Positions 54,176 through 64,000 of a stretch of 64,000 nucleotides of DNA are shown here, one piece after another. The stretch is from Escherichia coli (GTDB lineage: Bacteria > Pseudomonadota > Gammaproteobacteria > Enterobacterales > Enterobacteriaceae). The position numbers and the translations under genes are program-made. The DNA is taken from the NCBI RefSeq assembly GCF_051903065.1, contig NZ_CP178438.1; one strand, given 5' to 3'. Numbering within the stretch: the stretch's first letter is position 1; the number at the start of each line of letters is the position of its first letter. Below the pieces are notes generated by a model. The model searched no databases. It was not told the DNA's origin and saw only the letters and a list, made by a program, of their open reading frames with translations.

Positions 54176-55612
54176 TTACTGTTCGCTTTCATCAGTATAG
54201 CGTTTTGCTTTGTAAGCCGGGTGCATCAGATTCTGTACGGAGAAAATATCGTCAAGTTCCGCTTCAGTCAACAGACCGCGTTCCAGAACGACTTCACGTA
54301 CACTCTTACCGGTTTCGGCACAGATTTTACCCACGATGTCACCGTTGTGGTGACCGATGAACGGGTTCAGGTAAGTAACGATACCGATAGAGTTGTAAAC
54401 GTAACCTTCGCACACTTCTTTGTTAGCAGTGATGCCGTTAATGCATTTTTCCAGCAGGTTGTAGCAAGCGTTGGTCAGAATGTGAACGGATTCGAACATG
54501 GCCTGGCCAATGACCGGCTCCATAACGTTCAACTGCAGCTGACCTGCTTCTGCTGCCATGGTAACAGTGGTGTCGTTACCGATGACTTTGAAGCATACCT
54601 GGTTAACCACTTCCGGAACAACCGGGTTTACTTTAGCTGGCATGATGGAAGAGCCCGCCTGCAGTTCCGGCAGGTTGATCTCGTTCAGGCCGGCACGTGG
54701 ACCAGAAGAGAGCAAGCGCAGGTCGTTACAGATTTTGGACATCTTCACAGCCAGGCGTTTCAGCGCGCCGTGAACCATAACATAAGCGCCGCAGTCTGAG
54801 GTCGCTTCGATCAGGTCTTCAGCCGGTACGCATGGGAAGCCAGTGACTTCAGCCAGTTTTTTCACTGCCAGCGGAGAGTACTCTTTCGGCGTGTTCAGAC
54901 CAGTACCGATTGCTGTTGCGCCAAGGTTAACTTCCAGCAGCAGTTCAGCGGTACGTTGGATGTTTTTCACTTCTTCTTTCAGCAGGATGCTGAAAGCGCG
55001 GAATTCCTGACCGAGGGTCATCGGTACTGCGTCCTGCAGCTGGGTACGACCCATTTTCAGGATGTCCTGGAATTCGACAGCTTTACGTTCAAAGCCTTCA
55101 CGCAGTTGGTTAATCGCATCTACCAGCTTAATCAGGGAAGAGTAAACTGCGATACGGAAACCGGTCGGGTAGGCGTCGTTAGTGGACTGACATTTGTTAA
55201 CATGGTCGTTCGGGTTCAGGTACTGATATTCACCTTTCTGGTGACCCATCAGTTCCAGACCGATATTGGCCAGCACTTCGTTGGTGTTCATGTTTACGGA
55301 AGTACCTGCGCCGCCCTGGTAGACGTCTACCGGGAACTGATCCATGCATTTTCCGTTGTTCAGGACTTCATCACATGCGGCAATGATGGCATTCGCTACA
55401 CTTTTAGGAATGGTTTGCAGCTCTTTGTTTGCCATAGCTGCGGCTTTTTTAACCATTACCATACCGCGAACAAATTCAGGAATATCACTGATTTTGTTGT
55501 TGCTGATATAGAAGTTTTCAATCGCTCTCAGAGTGTGAACACCATAGTAGGCATCAGCTGGAACTTCCCTGGTACCCAACAGATCTTCTTCGATACGAAT
55601 GTTGTTTGACAT
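54176..55612 (-). CDS. aspA: Aspartate ammonia-lyase AspA
   Basis: 478 aa from [30 protein letters not shown]; fumarase/aspartase signature [10 protein letters not shown]. Confidence 0.93.
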
Positions 55613-55948
55613 GTGAACCTTCTTTTTCAAGCTGCCAATGATTTGCTTTAAACACACAGAATATATGTGGTTTCGAATGTTTTTCGACCGACGATTATCC
55701 CCTGCATCGACCGAATACCCGAGATCATATGCTGCTTGAGGATTTCTACCGTAATCTGGATCACTTTAAGTGTCGGTTTTTACCCCTTAATTATTAATTT
55801 GTGAAATAGATCACCGCTTTGGGATTACTACCAAAAATAGTTGCGCAAATATCTTGAAATTTTGCTAATGACCACAATATAAGCTGAACGCGATTCGCAA
55901 CCCATTCAGGTAGCCGGGTTTAACCGGCTGCTATTACAGGAGAAACCT

Positions 55949-56425
55949 TTGCGCTGGTTACCTTTTATTGCCATTTTCCTTTATGTCTATATTGAGATTT
56001 CAATCTTTATTCAGGTTGCCCATGTATTGGGGGTATTGCTGACTCTCGTGCTGGTTATATTTACGTCAGTTATCGGTATGTCACTGGTACGTAACCAGGG
56101 CTTTAAGAATTTCGTGCTGATGCAGCAAAAAATGGCGGCGGGTGAAAACCCAGCGGCGGAGATGATTAAAAGTGTTTCGCTGATCATTGCCGGTTTGCTG
56201 CTTTTATTACCGGGCTTTTTCACCGACTTCCTCGGTCTTCTGCTTTTATTGCCGCCGGTGCAAAAGCATCTGACAGTGAAGTTGATGCCGCATTTGCGCT
56301 TTTCTCGCATGCCAGGCGGCGGTTTTAGCGCCGGGACCGGTGGCGGTAATACTTTTGATGGTGAGTACCAGCGAAAGGATGATGACCGCGACCGCCTTGA
56401 TCATAAAGACGATCGCCAGGATTAA
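55949..56425 (+). CDS. fxsA: Inner membrane protein FxsA
   Basis: 158 aa; two hydrophobic segments and a charged Asp/Arg-rich C-terminal tail. Confidence 0.88.
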   Translation: MRWLPFIAIFLYVYIEISIFIQVAHVLGVLLTLVLVIFTSVIGMSLVRNQGFKNFVLMQQKMAAGENPAAEMIKSVSLIIAGLLLLLPGFFTDFLGLLLLLPPVQKHLTVKLMPHLRFSRMPGGGFSAGTGGGNTFDGEYQRKDDDRDRLDHKDDRQD

Positions 56426-56440
56426 TGTCGAAACGCCGGA

Positions 56441-57697
56441 TTATGTGGTTATGCCATTTTCCGGCGTTTTTCGTTTTGGCAGAAACAGCCATAACCCCGC
56501 CAGCATGATCAGCGCATAGAGACTTTTCCAGCCGACCATTGTCAGTAACAGAACGCATAACAGCCCGCCAACCACCGCCAGTAGTCGATAACGTCCTTGC
56601 AATAATTTACAGCCTGCCAGCATGCATAACAGATAAATCATAATAAAGATGCCATTGGCATAAATAATAAGAGCGTCCAGATTGATCTCTAAAGCATGAA
56701 TCACCAAAGTGCTCACCACGCAGCAGCCGAGCACCGCATTGAGGGCATTATTCGGGATATGGCGAGAAGAGAGGCGTGCCAGGTAGTGGTCAGGATTATG
56801 TTGCGCCTGCGACCAGACCAGGCGGGCGAAGCTCTGTATATAAATGTTGAGACTGGCAAAGCAGGCCAGATAGCCAATCACGCAGGCAATCCATAACGCT
56901 CCTACACCGAACAACTGCACTACAATTTTTGGAAGCGATGCTGCCGCCGCCATTTGTTCACCATAGGCGTCGAAGTGTAAGACGACTACCGTACAGCCCC
57001 AGTAGACTAATCCTGCCAGCAGCAGACCAATCATCAAAGCACGAGGAAAATCACGTTCTGGATTTTTAAATTCCGAGGCAAGATGGGCAAATGCTTCAAG
57101 ACCGACAAAACACCAGAACATCACTGATAATGCAGCAAATAACCCGGTAAGTTCGATATTTCCTGGCGCAGGGAAGGGGATATTCGCAGGTTTGATATCG
57201 CCCGCCCACCAGATAGCGACAATCAGCGCGACGATAAGTCCGGCAATAACTGTTTGTAGATTTGCACTGGAACTGGCACCGCGAGTACCGATATACCACA
57301 CCAACGCCAGCGTACCGAGTTCTGCCAACAACAGTTGCCAGCTATGCCAGCCAAACATTGCCTGGCCGAATCCGGCAGCAATTTGTAGCGCGGCAGGCAA
57401 ACCCACGGGAATGACCGATAAAAACAGCCAGCCGGTGACTCGCTCAAGCCGCGAACCAAACGCCATACCGACGAAGTGCGCGACGCCGCCTGCACTGGGA
57501 TAGTGGCGACCCAGAATCGCAAACACAATCGCAATCGGGAACACTAAGATAATCAAAACGGGCCACGCCCACAGGCTGTTATTGCCCGCTACCAGCGCAG
57601 CTAACGCAGGAACGGCAAACACGCCAGTGCCTAATAATGACGTCGATAGCAGGCCAATGCCCTGGGCCAGCCCCAGTTCTTGTTTGAGTCCACTCAT
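56441..57697 (-). CDS. yjeH: APC-family amino-acid exporter YjeH
   Basis: 418 aa from MSGLKQELGLAQGIGLLSTSLLGTGVF; track ORF begins 20 codons upstream. Confidence 0.88.
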   Translation of the reverse strand: MSGLKQELGLAQGIGLLSTSLLGTGVFAVPALAALVAGNNSLWAWPVLIILVFPIAIVFAILGRHYPSAGGVAHFVGMAFGSRLERVTGWLFLSVIPVGLPAALQIAAGFGQAMFGWHSWQLLLAELGTLALVWYIGTRGASSSANLQTVIAGLIVALIVAIWWAGDIKPANIPFPAPGNIELTGLFAALSVMFWCFVGLEAFAHLASEFKNPERDFPRALMIGLLLAGLVYWGCTVVVLHFDAYGEQMAAAASLPKIVVQLFGVGALWIACVIGYLACFASLNIYIQSFARLVWSQAQHNPDHYLARLSSRHIPNNALNAVLGCCVVSTLVIHALEINLDALIIYANGIFIMIYLLCMLAGCKLLQGRYRLLAVVGGLLCVLLLTMVGWKSLYALIMLAGLWLFLPKRKTPENGITT

Positions 57698-57859
57698 GGG
57701 TTGATGTCCGATTGCGCCCAAATTTTGGGCAACTGCGTAGATTTTCGATGGTAGCACAATCAGATTCGCTTATGACGGCGATGAAGAAATTGCGATGAAA
57801 TGTGAGGTGAATCAGGGTTTTCACCCGATTTTGTGCTGATCAGAATTTTTTTTCTTTTT

Positions 57860-57895
57860 CCCCCTTGAAGGGGCGAAGCCTCATCCCCATTTCTC
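57860..57895 (+). promoter_or_regulatory. Sigma-32 heat-shock promoter of groESL
   Basis: -35 CCCCCTTGAA and -10 CCCCATTTC with appropriate spacing, about 80 bp upstream of groES. Confidence 0.8.
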
Positions 57896-57921
57896 TGGTC
57901 ACCAGCCGGGAAACCACGTAA

Positions 57922-58266
<345 letters not shown>

Positions 58267-58297
58267 TCCTCGCACGACACTGAACATACGAATTTAA

Positions 58298-59956
<1,659 letters not shown>

Positions 59957-59985
59957 TTGCCCTGCACCTCGCAGAAATAAACAAA

Positions 59986-60019
59986 CCCCCGGGCAGAAAT
60001 GTCTGGGGGTTTTTCTTTT
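59986..60019 (+). terminator. Intrinsic terminator of groESL
   Basis: Hairpin cccccgggcagaaatgtctggggg followed by tttttctttt. Confidence 0.85.
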
Positions 60020-60093
60020 GGTCATCTTTCTAGTATAAGATTCAGACACGGACGACGCGAGTGGCGTCCAGCTCATTGATTATGGGGAATAAC

Positions 60094-60447
60094 ATGCACG
60101 TAAAATACTTAGCAGGGATTGTCGGTGCCGCGCTACTGATGGCGGGTTGTAGCTCCAGCAACGAATTGAGTGCTGCCGGTCAGAGTGTACGCATTGTGGA
60201 CGAGCAGCCAGGCGCAGAGTGCCAGCTGATTGGTACTGCGACAGGTAAGCAAAGCAACTGGCTTTCCGGGCAACACGGAGAAGAGGGCGGTTCTATGCGC
60301 GGCGCAGCAAACGATCTGCGCAACCAGGCAGCTGCAATGGGCGGTAACGTGATTTATGGCATCAGTAGCCCGTCGCAGGGAATGTTGTCCAGTTTTGTCC
60401 CGACGGATAGCCAGATTATCGGCCAGGTATATAAGTGCCCGAACTGA
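60094..60447 (+). CDS. yjeI: Predicted lipoprotein YjeI
   Basis: 117 aa from MHVKYLAGIVGAALLMAGCSSS (lipobox LMAGC). Confidence 0.85.
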   Translation: MHVKYLAGIVGAALLMAGCSSSNELSAAGQSVRIVDEQPGAECQLIGTATGKQSNWLSGQHGEEGGSMRGAANDLRNQAAAMGGNVIYGISSPSQGMLSSFVPTDSQIIGQVYKCPN

Positions 60448-60471
60448 TGTGATGGTGACAAACGTATAATT

Positions 60472-60571
<100 letters not shown>

Positions 60572-60639
60572 TGACCAACGATCACGTTATCAGTCATTTC
60601 AGGCTGGATGGCTCCAGCCTCGCATTAGCAAAGATGAGA

Positions 60640-61509
60640 TTATTTCGCCTGTGGTGCAGTTTTGCTGGTGGATTGAACACGTAAGTGATGCAGCGCGCGT
60701 AAGCATTGATCCTGGGTTAGCGGTTGGGCGTTATTCGCCGCTACGGTGCGAACATAGACCTGACATGGCACACCCGCGAGTTTTTTCAGTCGTGGGCTGA
60801 AATCAAGCATTCGGCGAGTGATCGCCTCTATTTCTTTACCCGGCGTTGCTTCACGCGTTTTCACCACTGCGCCGCTAAATTGTTCTTTGCCACTTTCATC
60901 TTTAAAGCGGTAAAGCACCGCCAGATAATGGTCGAACAAGTTATGTTTCCATTCCGGTTGGGAATAGGTGTCATATTCCAGATTGCCATTTTCCTGGCAG
61001 TCAACATCATATAACGGCAGGAAATCTAATAGTGAGGTAATACGTAATGCCAGTTCACGCATTTCCGCATTATTAATTGCATGAATGATTGCTCGCGCCA
61101 GCATTTCAATCTGCAACTCATTGACGACTAACTCACATTTGCTACCGTCATGTAGCGTTAATACGAAGGTAAGATTTTCGCCTTGATTATCGGTAAGTTC
61201 CAGCGTGTTAACCCGACGATTAATATCGGCATTTTTAAGCTCATCAACCAGAATTTCTGGGATGTTTTCTGCCATTTTCTTAATGACTTTATCGCGAGCT
61301 TGCTCATACTGAAGGCGTGCAGCAGCATCCAGTTTATGCTTTTGATGCAGACGACTTTCCAGCGCAATCAGCAGGTCGCGCAGTTCCATGACAGACATAA
61401 AGAACAACGATTCTTTATTACGGAGTTCTTTAATTTTCAGCGCCAGTGCAATGAAATTATTACTCTTGCGAATAACACCGGTATTAACACCCTTGATGCT
61501 TATGGCCAT
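60640..61509 (-). CDS. yjeJ: Protein of unknown function YjeJ
   Basis: 289 aa; gene and its upstream region are visibly AT-rich relative to neighbours (by eye). Confidence 0.8.
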   Translation of the reverse strand: MAISIKGVNTGVIRKSNNFIALALKIKELRNKESLFFMSVMELRDLLIALESRLHQKHKLDAAARLQYEQARDKVIKKMAENIPEILVDELKNADINRRVNTLELTDNQGENLTFVLTLHDGSKCELVVNELQIEMLARAIIHAINNAEMRELALRITSLLDFLPLYDVDCQENGNLEYDTYSQPEWKHNLFDHYLAVLYRFKDESGKEQFSGAVVKTREATPGKEIEAITRRMLDFSPRLKKLAGVPCQVYVRTVAANNAQPLTQDQCLRALHHLRVQSTSKTAPQAK

Positions 61510-61743
61510 GTAGGTTCTCCCTAACCATTTCTCAATTAAATAATTAATTTTAATTTATAAGCCAGATAAATGGGCTTGGTAGTAATAGTTGTTAAAATAA
61601 CATAAATAGCCGTACTCACTCTATATAAACAGAAAAGAAAGGTTAATTATTGGTGTTGGTTATATAAAGAGTAACAACAGCAATGTATATGAATAATTAA
61701 AGGTTATGCAACGGGCAAAGATTAAACTTCCCTGTTTAATCAG

Positions 61744-62772
61744 TTACTGCTGGCGTAGCTGGAGATCCAGCGGCGTTTTGCTGGGTTCGCCGCCAATTTC
61801 TCGCGCCAGTTTCGGCACCAGATATCCCGACACCAGTGTCAGCAACTCACGCATAATCTGCCGTGCTTCGTCATCACTCACCATAAAATGCGCCGCGCCC
61901 TGTACTTTATCGAGCACATGCAGGTAATACGGCATCACGCCTGCATCGAACAACGCATTACTCAGGTTTGCCAGCGTTTGTGCGTTATCGTTCACACCAC
62001 GTAACAGAACGCTCTGGTTCAGCAAAGTAACGCCCGCCCGGCGCAACTTAGCCATCGCCTGACGGAATGTTTCATCTATCTCATTGGCATGGTTGATGTG
62101 ATTCACCAGCAAGATTTGCAGCGTAGAATGTGAAAAGCGTTCAACCAGCGCATCTGTGATGCGTGCCGGGATCACAATCGGCAGACGACTGTGAATCCGC
62201 AGACGTTTGATATGCGGGATGGCTTCCAGTTGTGTGAGCAACCAGTCCAGCTCGTGATCTTTCGCCATCAGCGGATCGCCGCCGGAGAAAATCATCTCGT
62301 CCAGTTCCGGATGCGCAGCAACATACTCAAGTGCAGTTTGCCAGTTACGCTTGTTGCCCTGATTTTCGGCATAAGGGAAGTGGCGACGGAAGCAATAACG
62401 GCAATTTACCGCGCAGCCGCCTTTGACCAGCAAAAGCGCCCGGTTGTGGTATTTATGCAACAAACCAGGCACTACGCTGTGCTGTTCTTCCAGCGGGTCG
62501 GTGGAGAATCCGGGCGCGATGGCAAACTCATCTTGCGAGGTAAGTACCTGACGCAAAAGCGGATCGTCCGGATTGCCTTTCTCCATGCGATCGATAAATG
62601 AGCGGGGCACACGCAGGGCAAACAGCTTTTTGGCGTTGCGTCCGGCCAACAGTTTTTTGTCCGCGTCTATATTCAAAAGACGCAGAAGTTCATCAGGATC
62701 GGTCACAACATCGGCAAGTTGCGTTAACCAATCTTCTCTGGATGGGGTATTTAGGGTTACAATATGCGCCAT
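61744..62772 (-). CDS. epmB: EF-P beta-lysylation enzyme EpmB (lysine 2,3-aminomutase-like, radical SAM)
   Basis: 342 aa; radical-SAM Cys cluster CAVNCRYCFRR; divergent from efp. Confidence 0.92.
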   Translation of the reverse strand: MAHIVTLNTPSREDWLTQLADVVTDPDELLRLLNIDADKKLLAGRNAKKLFALRVPRSFIDRMEKGNPDDPLLRQVLTSQDEFAIAPGFSTDPLEEQHSVVPGLLHKYHNRALLLVKGGCAVNCRYCFRRHFPYAENQGNKRNWQTALEYVAAHPELDEMIFSGGDPLMAKDHELDWLLTQLEAIPHIKRLRIHSRLPIVIPARITDALVERFSHSTLQILLVNHINHANEIDETFRQAMAKLRRAGVTLLNQSVLLRGVNDNAQTLANLSNALFDAGVMPYYLHVLDKVQGAAHFMVSDDEARQIMRELLTLVSGYLVPKLAREIGGEPSKTPLDLQLRQQ

Positions 62773-62813
62773 TTTGTGGCTTAGCTACCAATTAACAAAT
62801 TTCAGAGGGCCTT

Positions 62814-63380
62814 ATGGCAACGTACTATAGCAACGATTTTCGTGCTGGTCTTAAAATCATGTTAGACGGCGAACCTTACGCGGTTGAAGCGAGTGAATTC
62901 GTAAAACCGGGTAAAGGCCAGGCATTTGCTCGCGTTAAACTGCGTCGTCTGCTGACCGGTACTCGCGTAGAAAAAACCTTCAAATCTACTGATTCCGCTG
63001 AAGGCGCTGATGTTGTCGATATGAACCTGACTTACCTGTACAACGACGGTGAGTTCTGGCACTTCATGAACAACGAAACTTTCGAGCAGCTGTCTGCTGA
63101 CGCAAAAGCAATTGGCGACAACGCTAAATGGCTGCTGGATCAGGCAGAGTGTATCGTAACTCTGTGGAATGGTCAGCCGATCTCCGTTACTCCGCCGAAC
63201 TTCGTTGAACTGGAAATCGTTGATACCGATCCGGGCCTGAAAGGTGATACCGCAGGTACTGGCGGCAAACCGGCTACCCTGTCTACTGGCGCTGTGGTTA
63301 AAGTTCCGCTGTTCGTACAAATCGGCGAAGTCATCAAAGTGGATACCCGCTCTGGTGAATACGTCTCTCGCGTGAAGTAA
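62814..63380 (+). CDS. efp: Translation elongation factor P
   Basis: 188 aa, [42 protein letters not shown] (modified Lys in the KPGKG loop). Confidence 0.96.
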
Positions 63381-63431
63381 TGCGGTTGTGGTGCGGCCTG
63401 CAGGCTGCACCATCACTTATTCAGGTCAGAG

Positions 63432-63557
63432 ATGATGAAACGCCTTATCGTTCTTGTTTTGCTTGCCAGCACGTTGCTCACGGGCTGTAACACCGCTCGC
63501 GGTTTCGGCGAAGACATCAAACATCTCGGCAACTCCATCTCCCGCGCTGCCAGCTAA
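63432..63557 (+). CDS. ecnA: Entericidin A lipoprotein (antidote)
   Basis: 41 aa, [41 protein letters not shown]; lipobox LTGC; below track cutoff. Confidence 0.85.
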   Translation: MMKRLIVLVLLASTLLTGCNTARGFGEDIKHLGNSISRAAS

Positions 63558-63667
63558 TTTTTCTTCTCTTCCGAAAAATCATCAGATTTCCATCATTTTT
63601 GGCGATGTTGTCTATTATTAATTTGCTATAGGCAAACATAAATAACATTACCTAAAAGGAAGACGTT

Positions 63668-63814
63668 ATGGTGAAGAAGACAATTGCAGCGATCTTTTCT
63701 GTTCTGGTGCTTTCAACAGTATTAACTGCCTGCAACACCACGCGTGGCGTTGGTGAAGACATTTCTGATGGCGGTAACGCGATTTCTGGTGCAGCAACGA
63801 AAGCGCAGCAATAA
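63668..63814 (+). CDS. ecnB: Entericidin B lipoprotein (bacteriolytic toxin)
   Basis: 48 aa, [48 protein letters not shown]; paralogous to ecnA. Confidence 0.85.
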
Positions 63815-63821
63815 GCAATAA

Positions 63822-63858
63822 CGGTACGACAGCTGTGTCGTGCCGTTTGTTTTTTCTG
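63822..63858 (+). terminator. Intrinsic terminator downstream of ecnB
   Basis: Hairpin cggtacgacagctgtgtcgtgccg followed by tttgttttttctg. Confidence 0.8.
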
Positions 63859-63924
63859 CGATAGTCACAAAGGTAATAGTTGAAATTCCCCTGCCACCTG
63901 GCAAAATATCCGTTCAACCATCAG

Positions 63925-63975
63925 CTTTGCAGGACGACCTGCAAACGCGTCTTTTCACCGGGGACGGCCCCAATT
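63925..63975 (+). promoter_or_regulatory. Guanidine-II (mini-ykkC) riboswitch upstream of gdx
   Basis: Two short GC hairpins with ACGR tetraloops, GCAGG-ACGA-CCTGC (63929-63942) and GGGG-ACGG-CCCC (63960-63971), 17-nt linker, then GGAG and an ATG at 63990. Confidence 0.65.
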
Positions 63976-63989
63976 CTCCGGAGCCTGAT

Positions 63990-64000
63990 ATGTCCTGGAT
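63990..64000 (+). CDS. gdx: First codons (MSW...) of the guanidinium exporter gene gdx (sugE), cut by the window end
   Basis: ATG TCC TGG at the expected distance after ecnB and the riboswitch; only 11 nt present. Confidence 0.5.

Noticed and set aside
57860-57895. Third copy of the GC-rich aggggcga hairpin motif upstream of groES
   Set aside because: The match is only partial (gaaggggcgaagcc), and the sequence is fully explained as the sigma-32 -35/-10 promoter of groESL.
60601-60620. Hairpin aggctgga..tccagcct downstream of yjeJ as a terminator
   Set aside because: No U-tract on either strand; could equally be part of the adjacent REP element.

Overview
This 64-kb window reads as an Escherichia coli-type chromosomal backbone segment, and almost every large ORF is a gene I recognise from protein sequence and gene order. 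I do not see a convincing wholly undescribed multi-gene system; the findings below are the loci that most deserve a second look. All coordinates come from the supplied ORF track plus manual reading; ATG starts were re-picked where the track began at an alternative start codon. No database search was run.

Gene content, left to right:
- A partial hybrid sensor histidine kinase/receiver gene at the left edge, then yjdP.
- The complete 14-gene C-P lyase phosphonate operon phnCDEFGHIJKLMNOP on the minus strand, with a Pho-box-like promoter, followed by yjdN and yjdM (phnA).
- crfC (yjdA)-yjcZ, proP, then pmrR and basS-basR-eptA with two PmrA/BasR boxes.
- Acid-resistance and sugar modules: adiC-adiY-adiA and melR/melAB.
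- Anaerobic C4-dicarboxylate genes: yjdF, fumB-dcuB, dcuS-dcuR.
- yjdI-yjdJ, the type V toxin-antitoxin pair ghoS-ghoT, lysU, dtpC, and cadC/cadBA.
- tRNA-Phe (pheU), yjdC, dsbD-cutA, dcuA-aspA, fxsA, yjeH.
- groES-groEL with its sigma-32 promoter, yjeI, yjeJ, epmB/efp, ecnA-ecnB, and a guanidine-II (mini-ykkC) riboswitch ahead of the first codons of gdx (sugE).

Non-coding structure: several REP/BIME elements, including a large tandem array of about 11 REP units between yjdN and yjdM, and a number of intrinsic terminators. I found no CRISPR array, IS element or prophage.

The sequence is not K-12-identical as I remember it: phnE is an intact reading frame, and a histidine kinase gene sits upstream of yjdP where I would expect rpiB.
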